Shown one piece after another: positions 9,323-19,700 of a stretch of DNA of 32,000 bases. This DNA comes from Microcystis aeruginosa NIES-2549 (GTDB taxonomy: Bacteria > Cyanobacteriota > Cyanobacteriia > Cyanobacteriales > Microcystaceae), in the NCBI RefSeq assembly GCF_000981785.2, contig NZ_CP011304.1, positions 4,080,001 to 4,112,000 of the forward strand, read 5' to 3'. Below the pieces are notes generated by a model, which was not told where the DNA came from, did no database searches, and worked only from the letters and a program-made list of their open reading frames with translations. Made by a program: the position numbers and the translations under genes. Within the stretch, counting starts at the first letter, position 1, and every line of letters starts with the position of its first letter.

Positions 9323-10396
9323 TTATTTTTGACTGCGAGCAAAAATTTCTTCAAACCAATTAATAGCTCGATTTCCTAAAGCTTCCAGGGAATATTTTTG
9401 CTCGACTACTGCACGACAAGAATATCGATCGATCCGGTCTAAATTTTTAATTCCTGTAACTAATCCCTCGATACTATCGGGTTCAACTAAAAAACCAGTT
9501 TTTCCATCTTCAATAATTTCTACCGGACCACCACGACGATAGGCAACTACGGGAACACCACAGGCCAAAGCTTCAATAGCCACGTTACCAAAAGCCTCAA
9601 CCCAGCGCGGGGTCATCAACAGGCCAAAACAGTCGCCTAGCTCTTTTTGTAGGCTCTCGGTGGGCAAAAACCCGCGATAATCGACTAAATCGAAACTATA
9701 GGTATCCTGTAAATTTCGCCAGTAGAGAGGATCGGAAATATGACCGAAAACGCGTAAAGGGACACCTAACTGTTGACAAGCAGCGATCGCATCTTCTAAA
9801 GCTTTTTCCGGGGCAATCCGTCCCACCCAGGCTAGACAGGGGGAGGGATCGGTGCGAAACTGATACAAAGATACGTCTAAACCATTAGCCAAACAGCGAT
9901 AGGGGGGAGATATTGAGAAAGTTGCTGCTTGGGCGAGGGTGTGAAAAGCCAGTAAATGGGGAAAATTGCGGTAGGTTTTTTCAATAATATGATCCATCGC
10001 CAAAGAAACGGAAGCCATGCTGACTAAATGGGCGACGGGAGTGGCAAAAAAAGGAGTGAGGTAAAAAGGGAGCCAATCGTAGGCAAAATTAACAATTAAA
10101 TCGTACTCGTTTTGTACTTGTTGAGCGTAGTGCCACATATTGGCCAAAACGGCATTTTCTGGCATTAAAATCGGGGATTCCCGGCCCTGACTTTGGGCGG
10201 AAATCTGGCCATTGCCCGCTATAGTGATTAAGGGAATATCTTGCAATTGGGAGGATTCTGGAGCCACTACCCGTACCAGATAGCCTTGCTTGGTCAGAGT
10301 GCGAGCGAGATTACAAAGAGTTAATTCTACGCCACCGCCGCCCCCCGATCCCAAAAATCCCACAGGGGTGGAGAGAAATAACAGTTTTCGACTCAA
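9323..10396 (-). CDS. Glycosyltransferase, GT-B fold (family 4/1)
   Basis: 357-aa ORF with N-terminal LFLSTPVGFLGSGGGGGVE and the C-terminal EX7E region EAFGNVAIEALACGVPVVAYRRGGPVEIIEDGKTGFLVEP. The TTG start overlaps the upstream stop (TTGA at 10393..10396). Confidence 0.85.
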   Translation of the reverse strand: MSRKLLFLSTPVGFLGSGGGGGVELTLCNLARTLTKQGYLVRVVAPESSQLQDIPLITIAGNGQISAQSQGRESPILMPENAVLANMWHYAQQVQNEYDLIVNFAYDWLPFYLTPFFATPVAHLVSMASVSLAMDHIIEKTYRNFPHLLAFHTLAQAATFSISPPYRCLANGLDVSLYQFRTDPSPCLAWVGRIAPEKALEDAIAACQQLGVPLRVFGHISDPLYWRNLQDTYSFDLVDYRGFLPTESLQKELGDCFGLLMTPRWVEAFGNVAIEALACGVPVVAYRRGGPVEIIEDGKTGFLVEPDSIEGLVTGIKNLDRIDRYSCRAVVEQKYSLEALGNRAINWFEEIFARSQK

Positions 10397-11508
10397 TTTT
10401 GCACCTCAGTGGCTGTGGTTTTGCTGAAGGTCGGTGTGGTTTCGGTGAAGGAAGTATCCTGTACGTCATCATCTTCCGGTTCACCGGTGGTTTCTAGGGG
10501 AGCAATATCTAAACGGGGAGCTAATTGCAGATTTAACTGTCTAATTGCCCAGCGTGCCGTTTCTTGCACTTCCTCATCGGAATCATCGAGGGCATGACAA
10601 ATTAATTGACTGATCTGAGACATGATATCGTAGAGTCTGGTTAAATCCCGAATAGCATTTTTCCGCACCTGGGGATTTTTGTCCTGGAGAGAGATAGCCA
10701 AAGCTTGGTTCATCGGTCGCAGGGAGCGGGTACAGATTTGGGCGAGAGCTTCTAGGGTTAAACTGCGTTCGTAGGAATCCCCATCCATCATGCTATCGAC
10801 TAAAGGCTGCATTGCCCTCGAATCGGACATCTGTGCCAGCTTCCAAACCGCCCGTCTACGGGTACGGGGATCGTCATCGCGGAGACTTTCAATTAAACTC
10901 AGGATTAAGTCTGCGTTCGGGATCCGGGAGGTAGCTTGTACGGGCAAAGAAGGCTCGAAATCATCCTCCCAATTGTCATTAATCTCACTGCTGCTTTTGG
11001 TGTCCGCATCGAGGGAATTGCCATTGCCCTCAAAAAATTTGTCGGGTGGGTTTTTAGGATTGACGTAAGTTGTCTTTTTGGGACGTTTTAAGACTTTGCC
11101 CTTGGGACGGTATTGAAGGAAAAGCGATAGTAAAGCTGCCAATAAAGCGATGGATAACAGGGCCGAGCCAGCAATTAATGGTATTGGTGAAGTCTCGTTT
11201 TTGGCGGCGGCGTTGGCGGCCGTGGCGTTTTGACCTAGATACTTCTGGGTGTTAGCGATCGCATTTTGAGCGGCGGTATCGTTCGGACGTTGTGCCAGAG
11301 CTTGTTGAAATTTTTCTAGGGCGAGTTGGTAATTCCTTTGGGTTTTGGCCTCGTAACCAGCTTTCATCAACTGCTCGTAAGTGGCGACAGTCTGGGTTTG
11401 TTCTAACCTAGGTGGAGTTTGGGCGTTAGCCTTGGATAAAACCTGAAAATCATGACCCCAACTGCTCACACCGATAGCTAAGAACAATAGAAAATTAGGT
11501 TTGATCAT
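10393..11508 (-). CDS. Secreted or membrane TPR-like / HEAT-repeat protein
   Basis: The ORF is 10393..11571. I prefer ATG at 11508 because MIKPNFLLFLAIGVSSWGHDFQVLSKANA|Q looks like a signal peptide. It has a central TM segment (IPLIAGSALLSIALLAALLSLFL) and PBS-lyase-type HEAT repeats (DDDPRTRRRAVWKLAQMSDSRAMQPLVDSMMDGD; DKNPQVRKNAIRDL; DSDEEVQETARWAI). Confidence 0.75.
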   Translation of the reverse strand: MIKPNFLLFLAIGVSSWGHDFQVLSKANAQTPPRLEQTQTVATYEQLMKAGYEAKTQRNYQLALEKFQQALAQRPNDTAAQNAIANTQKYLGQNATAANAAAKNETSPIPLIAGSALLSIALLAALLSLFLQYRPKGKVLKRPKKTTYVNPKNPPDKFFEGNGNSLDADTKSSSEINDNWEDDFEPSLPVQATSRIPNADLILSLIESLRDDDPRTRRRAVWKLAQMSDSRAMQPLVDSMMDGDSYERSLTLEALAQICTRSLRPMNQALAISLQDKNPQVRKNAIRDLTRLYDIMSQISQLICHALDDSDEEVQETARWAIRQLNLQLAPRLDIAPLETTGEPEDDDVQDTSFTETTPTFSKTTATEVQN

Positions 11509-11714
11509 AGAATTAATGTAACTGTTTAGGGGGTGGTAACAGTATGATAGCCTAAAAGCCATAGATGACAAGCACTGAACCCCAGAGATGGGTCATAGAG
11601 CGCGATGATTGGGAAAAGCCACCAGTCAGCGTGGTGAGGATAGTGCCGCCGCTAGGATCGGGGATAGAGTCCACTGTTTAGCACGCAGAGATTATCTGTG
11701 AAAAACTGGCTTAA

Positions 11715-13382
11715 TTAAGCTTGCACAGGAGTTTTACGCCACGTTCGACCTTGAATAGTCGTGTGGAATTGCCAATTAGCCACAGTTTCTGGATAATCGC
11801 CCCGATAGTGACCGCCTCGGCTTTCTTCTCTTAATAAGGCACTTTCCAGAATTAAGTCGGCGATATCTAAAAGATTTAATGTCTCGATCGCTATTCTTAT
11901 CTCTAACTGCACCGAGGGACACAAGAATAATTGTCCTTTGTCGGGGAGAAGATTCTGAAGAAATTGGCCCATCTTTGAGGATTGTAACTGTTGTTTCCAC
12001 TGTTGCACCCGTAGGATAGCAGTTTCTAACTCATTTTGAAATCGGCAAATTCCCGCATTTTCCCACATTAAAATCGGTAATTCTGTGCGTACTTTTTGCC
12101 AGTATTCCTGTTCTTCCTGCCATTTTTCCGCAACTTCTAGGGGGTTTTCCCGTCTTTCCCCAACCGAGTTTTCCGGCTCTAGACCTATTTCAGCTAAACT
12201 TGCCGCAAAGACAATACATTCCAAGAGAGAATTACTGGCTAAACGATTAGCCCCGTGAACCCCCGTACTGGCCGCCTCGCCGATGGCATACAAACCGGGT
12301 AGAGAAGTGCGGGCGTTTAAATCTGTGGCCACTCCTCCCATCCAATAGTGAGCGGCGGGGGCGACGGGAATCAGATCCTCAAGCACATTAATGCCCCATT
12401 TTTGACAGATGCGGATAATATTGGGGAAACGATAACGCAGACGCTCCGGTTCGATCGGTCTTAAATCTAGATATACTTTGGCATGGGCGGGATTGTCAGA
12501 GGTTTTCTGCAAATGGCTAAAAATCGCCCGACTCACCACATCCCGGGGGGCCAATTCTCCGGCCGGATGATAATCGAAGGCAAAACGCCGCCCCTGGGCA
12601 TCAATTAAATGCGCTCCTTCGCCGCGCACCGCCTCACTAATTAAAAACCGCGGCGCCCCCGGTACAGTCAACGCGGTGGGGTGAAACTGAAAAAATTCTG
12701 GGTCGCGAATCACTGCCCCAGCACGCCAAGCCAAGGCGACTCCATCCCCGGTGCTAACGGCGGGATTAGTGGTTTGGGCGTAGACTTGACCGCCGCCTCC
12801 CGTAGCCAGAATGACTGCTTGCGCTCGCAGCCAACAGAGATGATCTTGATGGAGTAAACAAATACCTTGACAGCGTTGCCCTTCCGGGTCAAGCCAGAGT
12901 TTCAGCGCGATCGCTTGGGGAATAATGGTAATATTGGGGCGCTCCACTACTTTTTCCATTAGGGTACTGATGATCGCTCTCCCCGTGCGATCAGCCGCGT
13001 GCAGCACCCGGGCCTGGGAGTGGGCAGCCTCAAGAGTGCGGGCTAAGTCGTCTCCAGAGCGATCAAAACTGACTCCTAACTGCACCAAATCAGCGATCGC
13101 TTGGGGGGCCTTCTCGACTAAAAACTGCACGGCATAGCGATCACATAAGCCCGCTCCAGCCTTCAGGGTATCTTCTAAATGGAAAACGGGGGAATCTGCC
13201 GGGGACGTGGCTGCCGCAATTCCTCCCTGCGCCCAATCACTAGCCCCAGTTTTTAAATCTTCTTTGGTAATTAAACCCACCTTTAAGTTAGGGGGTAAAC
13301 ACAGCGCGGCATACAATCCCGCCGCTCCCGATCCCACCACTAAAACATCTTGATAACTCGGCAGTTGCGAGGAAACGACCAT
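11715..13382 (-). CDS. nadB: L-aspartate oxidase
   Basis: 555-aa ORF with an FAD-binding N-terminus DVLVVGSGAAGLYAAL, plus HPTAL, GLYAIGEAASTGVHGANRLASNSLLE and EESRGGHYRGDYP. Confidence 0.93.
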   Translation of the reverse strand: MVVSSQLPSYQDVLVVGSGAAGLYAALCLPPNLKVGLITKEDLKTGASDWAQGGIAAATSPADSPVFHLEDTLKAGAGLCDRYAVQFLVEKAPQAIADLVQLGVSFDRSGDDLARTLEAAHSQARVLHAADRTGRAIISTLMEKVVERPNITIIPQAIALKLWLDPEGQRCQGICLLHQDHLCWLRAQAVILATGGGGQVYAQTTNPAVSTGDGVALAWRAGAVIRDPEFFQFHPTALTVPGAPRFLISEAVRGEGAHLIDAQGRRFAFDYHPAGELAPRDVVSRAIFSHLQKTSDNPAHAKVYLDLRPIEPERLRYRFPNIIRICQKWGINVLEDLIPVAPAAHYWMGGVATDLNARTSLPGLYAIGEAASTGVHGANRLASNSLLECIVFAASLAEIGLEPENSVGERRENPLEVAEKWQEEQEYWQKVRTELPILMWENAGICRFQNELETAILRVQQWKQQLQSSKMGQFLQNLLPDKGQLFLCPSVQLEIRIAIETLNLLDIADLILESALLREESRGGHYRGDYPETVANWQFHTTIQGRTWRKTPVQA

Positions 13383-13516
13383 GTAGGAGTTAATTGATAA
13401 ATTCTATTTATTCTAGCACTTCATTTCTCTATATCTCTGGCAAAAATCGCCAGTTTTTACCTTGGGGCAGTATGCCAGATTCTTTCTTTTGCCTCTTGCC
13501 TTCAGAAGCTGACCAC

Positions 13517-13541
13517 TAAAAAAGGTGAGCGATCGCTCACC
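13517..13541 (-). terminator. Intrinsic terminator downstream of psbU, built on a HIP1-centred palindrome
   Basis: Perfect 18-nt palindrome GGTGAGCGATCGCTCACC (13524..13541), followed on the minus strand by a run of six T (A-run 13518..13523). It lies 34 nt after the psbU stop. Confidence 0.75.
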
Positions 13542-13574
13542 TAGAAATTTTTTTAAAACCGCAATCAACTGGAT

Positions 13575-13982
13575 TTAGTAAACCCCGGGGTTAAAACGGT
13601 CATCACCCTCGATAAATTCTTTAGAAGGCTCAGTAACAGTGAATTTCTCCAGATTAGCCTGTAAACGCTCTTTTTGAGTGGCCGAGAGTCCGGGGATATT
13701 GAGGACATCTTCCACTTCTTGGTAGGGAGCGTTTTTGATGATTTTACCAGCTAAATTGGGATAGAACCCTCTCAAGTCCCGGAAATCCCGAATATCACTG
13801 TTATTGAGGTCGATTTTCGCCCCAAATTCTGTAGTTAGTTTGGCATCGGCCGCATTTAAGACCGCCACAGGAAGAGAGGGAAGGGCGATCGAGGTGAGAT
13901 TAAGAGCTTGAGCGGGAACTTTACCCCAAAAACTCCCGATAATCAAGGCGATTACCGCCAGCAGACGAAAAAGATTCTTCAT
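13575..13982 (-). CDS. psbU: Photosystem II 12 kDa extrinsic protein PsbU
   Basis: 135-aa ORF with a signal peptide, then KIDLNNSDIRDFRDLRGFYPNLAGKIIKNAPYQEVEDVLNIPGLSATQKERLQANL, which is typical of PsbU. Confidence 0.9.
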   Translation of the reverse strand: MKNLFRLLAVIALIIGSFWGKVPAQALNLTSIALPSLPVAVLNAADAKLTTEFGAKIDLNNSDIRDFRDLRGFYPNLAGKIIKNAPYQEVEDVLNIPGLSATQKERLQANLEKFTVTEPSKEFIEGDDRFNPGVY

Positions 13983-14535
13983 TGCAGTTGTGGTCTCCTA
14001 AAACCAAGGCAAATTAACGATCAGGACGAGAAATGAAGCCGTCAGCTATCAGCCTTCAGCTTTCCGACTAGGCCTAAGGTGGGGAATTGGGACTTACCAC
14101 CGCAGCCTACCCATTAGCTAAACGCTGATAGCACAGTTAAAAAAGTTATATCATGCCATTAGACCAGATCTCGACAATCTCCGTCCTAAAAGTGCGGAGA
14201 TTCTTGGGCTGAATCTTGCCTCTACTAGCAACGCTAATTTTGGTCTTACAGTTTCATGTCTAGTCCGACTACACCTATAAGGTCAGCACTCTTATAGACT
14301 ACTCCCCAAGCGTAAATTTCTGTGTGTCCCACAGTATTTAATTGTTTTGCGTTCTGACAGTTTGGACTTAATTAAACACCATTGACTGTTAGAAATTTCG
14401 AGATGACGGAGTAGGACGTTTAACCTGTTCCCTCACGTTCTCACGGTCAGCAACCTGGGAACATCTTAGCACAAAGTCGTCCTAAAAGGACGGGGTTTTC
14501 CACCCAAATTTCCAATAACCCAGTTTGCCGCCCTA

Positions 14536-14580
14536 GGGGAAGGGTTTTGGGAGAAGGGAGTGGGGAAATGGGAAGTGGGG
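14536..14580 (+). repeat. G-tract cluster (seven runs of G3-4 with loops of 4 nt or less), related to the GGGAAGT/GGGGTGT arrays
   Basis: GGGGAAGGGTTTTGGGAGAAGGGAGTGGGGAAATGGGAAGTGGGG, read directly. Confidence 0.8.
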
Positions 14581-14588
14581 AGATTTTA

Positions 14589-14635
14589 TCAGTGATCAGT
14601 GAACTGATCACTCAAATCCGATCACTGATCACTGA
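14589..14635. repeat. Inverted pair of CAGTGAT-type units forming a 14-bp stem hairpin
   Basis: TCAGTGATCAGTGA (14589..14602) is the exact reverse complement of TCACTGATCACTGA (14622..14635). The loop is 19 nt. It lies ~120 nt upstream of the peroxiredoxin start. Confidence 0.85.
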
Positions 14636-14752
14636 AAAGGCTGATGGCTCATCCAATTATTACAAATACCTAAAATTATCGCTGACGAACAGCACTCCTA
14701 TGGCATCATAAACTGTTGCTTGTCTTGAAATATCTATAAGGAAGACACAATT

Positions 14753-15388
14753 ATGGCTCTCCAATTGGGTGATATCGTTCCAGATTTTACACAAGATTCT
14801 AGTGAAGGTCCGATTTCTTTTCATCAGTGGGCAGCAGATAGCTGGGTAGTGCTGTTCTCCCACCCGGCTGATTACACTCCCGTTTGTACCACGGAATTAG
14901 GTACGGTGGCTAGTCTTAAGTCAGAATTTGAGCGACGTAATGTGAAAGTTATCGCTTTGAGTGTCGATAGTGCCGAATCCCATCGGGGTTGGATTGATGA
15001 CATCAACGAAACTCAAAACACTACCGTTAACTATCCGATTATCGCCGATGGCGATCGCAAAGTGTCGGATCTCTACGGCATGATTCACCCCAATTCCCTC
15101 AATAATCTGACGGTACGTTCGGTGTTTATCATCGATCCCAACAAAAAATTACGTTTAACTATTACCTATCCTGCCAGCACGGGACGCAATTTTAACGAGA
15201 TCCTGCGCGTAATCGACTCCCTGCAGCTCACCGATAACTATCAAGTGGCTACCCCCGCCAACTGGACCGACGGCGGCGATTGTGTGGTGGTTCCCTCTAT
15301 TCCCACTGAAGAAGCTCGCAGCAAATTTCCCAAAGGGGTTGAGGAAATTAAACCCTATCTACGCATGACTCCCCAACCTAATAAGTAA
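14753..15388 (+). CDS. 1-Cys peroxiredoxin (Prx6-type)
   Basis: 211-aa ORF MALQLGDIVPDFTQDS...WVVLFSHPADYTPVCTTELG. The PVCTTE active site and the length fit a 1-Cys Prx. Confidence 0.9.
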   Translation: MALQLGDIVPDFTQDSSEGPISFHQWAADSWVVLFSHPADYTPVCTTELGTVASLKSEFERRNVKVIALSVDSAESHRGWIDDINETQNTTVNYPIIADGDRKVSDLYGMIHPNSLNNLTVRSVFIIDPNKKLRLTITYPASTGRNFNEILRVIDSLQLTDNYQVATPANWTDGGDCVVVPSIPTEEARSKFPKGVEEIKPYLRMTPQPNK

Positions 15389-15969
15389 TTAGTGATCGGT
15401 AATCAGTGAACCATATCCCGGAAAACTGGCAATCCGAAAACCATAAAGTCGTCAGGGAGAGTTGGCCATCCGTTATAACGGATAGCCAACCCCTGGCAAC
15501 AGGGGATTTATCTCCCCATATCATTTATCAGTTTGATTGTCAATATATTTTTTCCTAGTTTCCCTAGATGTGTTAGCGGCAGTAGTGCCGAAAAGCAATT
15601 TCTTGGCTGGGTTAAAGACAATTCATCGACATATATCTTAACTATAAGTTAAACTAATATTTAACAAAAATCGGCTCAAGACTAAAAGAACAATTAACAT
15701 TATGGCTCCAAATGCTTATTATTGGGTAGTTTAGCTAGATTGTAGATCGATAAAATTATCTAAAGATCAAGCAAAGATTGTCAGGAATTCTGGGGTAGAT
15801 ATATAAGTAAAATTTATTTTAAGTTTATTTAAGACTGTCATTACTAATGCAAGGGTGAGTCAGGGAGATTTTCCCGTAGTATCAAAAATGAAACTTGCTC
15901 GTATCGTTTACTTTGACGACGAGCGAGAGGCAATTGTAGAGACTGTCGCTTTCACTAGCATTTAATTAA

Positions 15970-16284
<315 letters not shown>

Positions 16285-16302
16285 TCTTCAAGATTGTCAG
16301 AA

Positions 16303-16349
16303 AACTCCCGTTAAGTGCTATCTATGTTGCTTAACGGGAGTTATTTTAT
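16303..16349 (+). terminator. Intrinsic terminator after the ferredoxin gene
   Basis: 13-bp stem AACTCCCGTTAAG / CTTAACGGGAGTT with a 14-nt loop, followed by ATTTTAT. Confidence 0.6.
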
Positions 16350-16424
16350 GGCTCAAAAAATTTTTTCCCTAAACCCTTGTGTGTTTTAGCTAAGGGTGCT
16401 ATGATTGTTAATCGTGGAATTAAT

Positions 16425-16509
16425 GGGTCGGTGCCCGAGTGGTTAATGGGGGCGGACTGTAAATCCGTTGGCTACGCCTACGCTGGTTCGAATCCGGCCC
16501 GGCCCACCA
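16425..16509 (+). tRNA. tRNA-Tyr: tRNA-Tyr (anticodon GTA), class II with long variable arm, CCA encoded
   Basis: Folded by hand. Acceptor GGGTCGG/CCGGCCC (one G-U pair), D arm CCCG..TGGG, anticodon stem GCGGA/TCCGT with loop CTGTAAA, variable arm GGCTACGCC, T arm GCTGG-TTCGAAT-CCGGC, then ACCA. Confidence 0.93.
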
Positions 16510-16517
16510 CGATCAAT

Positions 16518-16589
16518 GCCCGTGTAGCTCAGTGGTAGAGCACACCCTTGGTAAGGGTGAGGTCATGAGTTCAATCCTCATCACGGGCT
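16518..16589 (+). tRNA. tRNA-Thr: tRNA-Thr (anticodon GGT), CCA not encoded
   Basis: Acceptor GCCCGTG/CACGGGC, D arm TAGCTCAGTGGTAGAGC, anticodon stem CACCC/GGGTG with loop TTGGTAA, T arm ATGAG-TTCAATC-CTCAT, followed by a T7 run. Confidence 0.93.
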
Positions 16590-16732
16590 TTTTTTCTCTA
16601 CTCATTCTCAATCAGCCGTTGAAGGATGAGATTAAGTAAGTCTTCAGCACTATGGCGTTAACAGAAGTTATCCCCTAGGGCAATTAGTCCTCGATCGCCT
16701 AAAATAATCAAAATTAACTTATTTGTTGGCTC

Positions 16733-19700
16733 ATGTCTCCCCTTGACAACATCGCTAAACTGTCTCACCTCACCCGCACAGATGTCCAGAAAAATTGGTT
16801 TATCGCTACAGCAGCGGGAAAACCAATTCAACCCGTCACCCTCAATGAAAAACAATACATTATTTGGCCGGCCGGCAGACAAATCCAATATCTAACTCAA
16901 AAAATTATTGTCCCCGAACATTTAGCCGGTTATCCTTTAGCGGGAATGGAACTGAGATTAATCTTAACTTGGTGGGCGGAAGATGTCAAAATTTATGTTA
17001 ATAATCAATTTATCCAAGCAGGAGACCTCTTTGATTCTTCCACCCGCATTTTACTTTCCAACTCTGTCTCTACCGGTCAAGAAATTCTTGTTACTCTCCG
17101 TTTAGTCAGTCCCAATCATGATATTGGTGGTTTGATGAAATCAGAGTTAATCTATGAACATAGCCAAGCTATCGATCCTAGTTTTGTTGCTGATGAATTG
17201 ACCATTCTCCATAATTATCTACAAACTTTTTATCCTGAAAACTTAGCAGCTTTTACCGCTACTCTCGATAATATTGACTGGGATAATGTCACCAACAAAG
17301 ATAAATTTAATCAATCCCTAGAATCAATTCGTCAATCCCTGCAACCCCTCGCTCAACCTCTCAAAGAACGCAGTTTTCATCTTCTCGGCCACGCACATTT
17401 AGATATGGCTTGGTTGTGGCCGTTGGCAGAAACTTGGCAAGTGGCAAAAAACACTTTTATCTCGGTTTTAAACCTGCAAAAAGATTTTCCTGCCCTCATA
17501 TTTGGTCATTCTAGCCCCCTAATTTACGAATGGATAGAAAAACATCATCCTGACCTATTTCAAGCAATGCTAGAGGCATATAAAGGGCAATCTTGGGAAC
17601 TTTTGGGCGGGATGTGGGTAGAACCAGAAGTCAATTTAATCTCTGGAGAATCCCTATTTCGACAGCTACTTTATGGACAAAAATATTTTCAAGAAAAATT
17701 TGGACAAATCACTAAAACTGCTTGGCTGCCGGATACCTTTGGTTTTCCCTACCAATTGCCGCAAATTCTTAAATCTTTTGGCATCAAATATTTTATAACC
17801 GGAAAACTCCATTGGAATGATACGACTAAATTTCCCCACGGTTTTTTCTGGTGGCAATCTCCCGATGGCAGTAAAATTCTTTCCCTCATGTCTCCTCCCA
17901 ATGTTGCCGGAGTTATGGATACTAACCCAATTATTATGACCGATCATGCTCTCAATTGGGAACGGCAAACCGGCTTAAAAGATATTTTTTGGCTGCCCGG
18001 TGTTGGCGACCATGGCGGCGGTCCGACTCGTGATATGTTAGAGGTGGCCCAACGTTGGCAAAAATCTCCTTTTTTCCCCCAGTTAAAATTTAGCCAAGCA
18101 ACAACCTATCTGGACAGTCTAGAGACAAGTAATCTTCCTATCTGGGATGATGAATTATATCTAGAATTTCATCGCGGTTGTTATACTACCCACGCTGATC
18201 AAAAAGCTTATAATCGTTACTGTGAAATCCTCTTGTATAAAGGAGAATTATGGTCTTCTCTGGCTAATATCTTACTAGAGATTCCCTATCCGAAAGTCGA
18301 GATAGAATCGGCATGGAAAAAGGTTTTATTAAATCAGTTTCATGATATACTGCCGGGTACTTCGATTCCAGAAGTGTTTAGGGATGCTAATCAGTTATGG
18401 CGGCAAGTTATCACCACAGGTGAAGCAATTTTAGATCAAGCTTTACAGGCAATTGCTAATCAAATTAATTTGCCTAATCCCCCCCATCCCCAAGCAAAGC
18501 CTTTTCTAGTTTTTAATTCTCTTAACTGGGAAAGAACCCAGGTTATCTCTTTAGCTATAGAATCTGTAAATTGTTCAGTTTATGACTGGGATAATTGTCT
18601 TTGTCCTTCGCAATTATCCCACGACAATCAGCTATTATTTCTCGCTGAAAATATTCCTTCTGTTGGTTATAAGTTATTTTGGTTAGTTGCCAATCAGCAA
18701 GCAGCCGAGCAAAATTTAACTAACTGCCAATTTATTTTAGATAATGGCTTACTTAAAGTTACCATTAACTCAGAAACGGGAGATATAGATAGTATATTTG
18801 ATATAATTAATCAAAAAGAAATCCTGCAAGCTGCTGGTAATCAATTACAGGCATTTAAAGATCAAGGACAATATTGGGACGCTTGGAATATCGATCCGAA
18901 TTATCAACAATATCCCTTACCTAAAACAGTATTAAAATCGATCGAATGCTTAGAATGTGGTCCCTTGCGCTGGCAGATTCGCGTGATCAGAAGTTTAGCT
19001 GATTCGGAATTTTGTCAAGATTATATCTTAGAAAAAGATGCTCCTATTCTCCAGATTAAAACTATTGTTAATTGGCAGCAGGAACATACTTTAGTAAAAA
19101 CCGCTTTTCCTCTCACCCTAAACAGTGATTTTACCACCTATGAAATTGCCTGTGGTGCGATCGAGCGTTCCCACGAACCAGAATCGCCAAAATGGGAAGT
19201 TTACGCGCATAAATGGGCGGATTTAACCGATAAAGAGGCACAATACGGGGTGAGTCTTTTAAATAATAATAAATATGGCTATGATGCTACTAACCAGCAA
19301 CTGCGATTAACTCTCTTGAGAAGTCCCCGATGGCCAGATCCCGAGGCGGATCTGGGAACCCAAGAATTTACCTATGCAATATATCCCCATCAAGGCAACT
19401 GGAAAACGGCGAAAACTGTCCATCACGCTTGGCAGTTAAACTCACCTGTCAACGTTATTTTTATTACTAACTCTTCCCGATCAAACCGGCTGCCACCGGT
19501 GGCACAATGGTTAAAATTCTCGGCCGATAACTTAATTTTAATGAGTTTCAAACAAAGTGAAACAGCCGCTCGGGGTTGGGTAATGCGCGTTTATGAATGT
19601 CAGGGAGAAAACGCTGTTATTGATTGGCAAAATCAATTACAATTAACAATAAAAGAATCGATCGACGGTTTAGAAAGAGCGATCGATCCTATTGAGCAAC

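Noticed and set aside
14405-14415. GACGGAGTAGG resembles the ACGGAAGUAGG core of glutamine (glnA RNA / downstream-peptide) riboswitches
   Set aside because: I could not find the flanking CGUUC ... GGAACG P1 helix at the right distances. The nearest GCGTTC is ~58 nt upstream and there is no 3' partner. The downstream gene (peroxiredoxin) is not a nitrogen-metabolism target. This would need a cmsearch to revisit.
14496-14504. TTTTCCACC, close to the cyanobacterial DnaA box TTTTCCACA, at a strand-switch spacer: an origin of replication?
   Set aside because: It is a single imperfect box with no cluster, no adjacent dnaA or dnaN, and no AT-rich unwinding element next to it.
15749-15760. GATAA-AA-TTATC inverted repeat upstream of the ferredoxin gene as a Fur box
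   Set aside because: It is only 12 nt in a very AT-rich context where such matches arise by chance, and it lies ~220 nt from the start codon. It is not supportable without a position-weight-matrix scan or TSS data.
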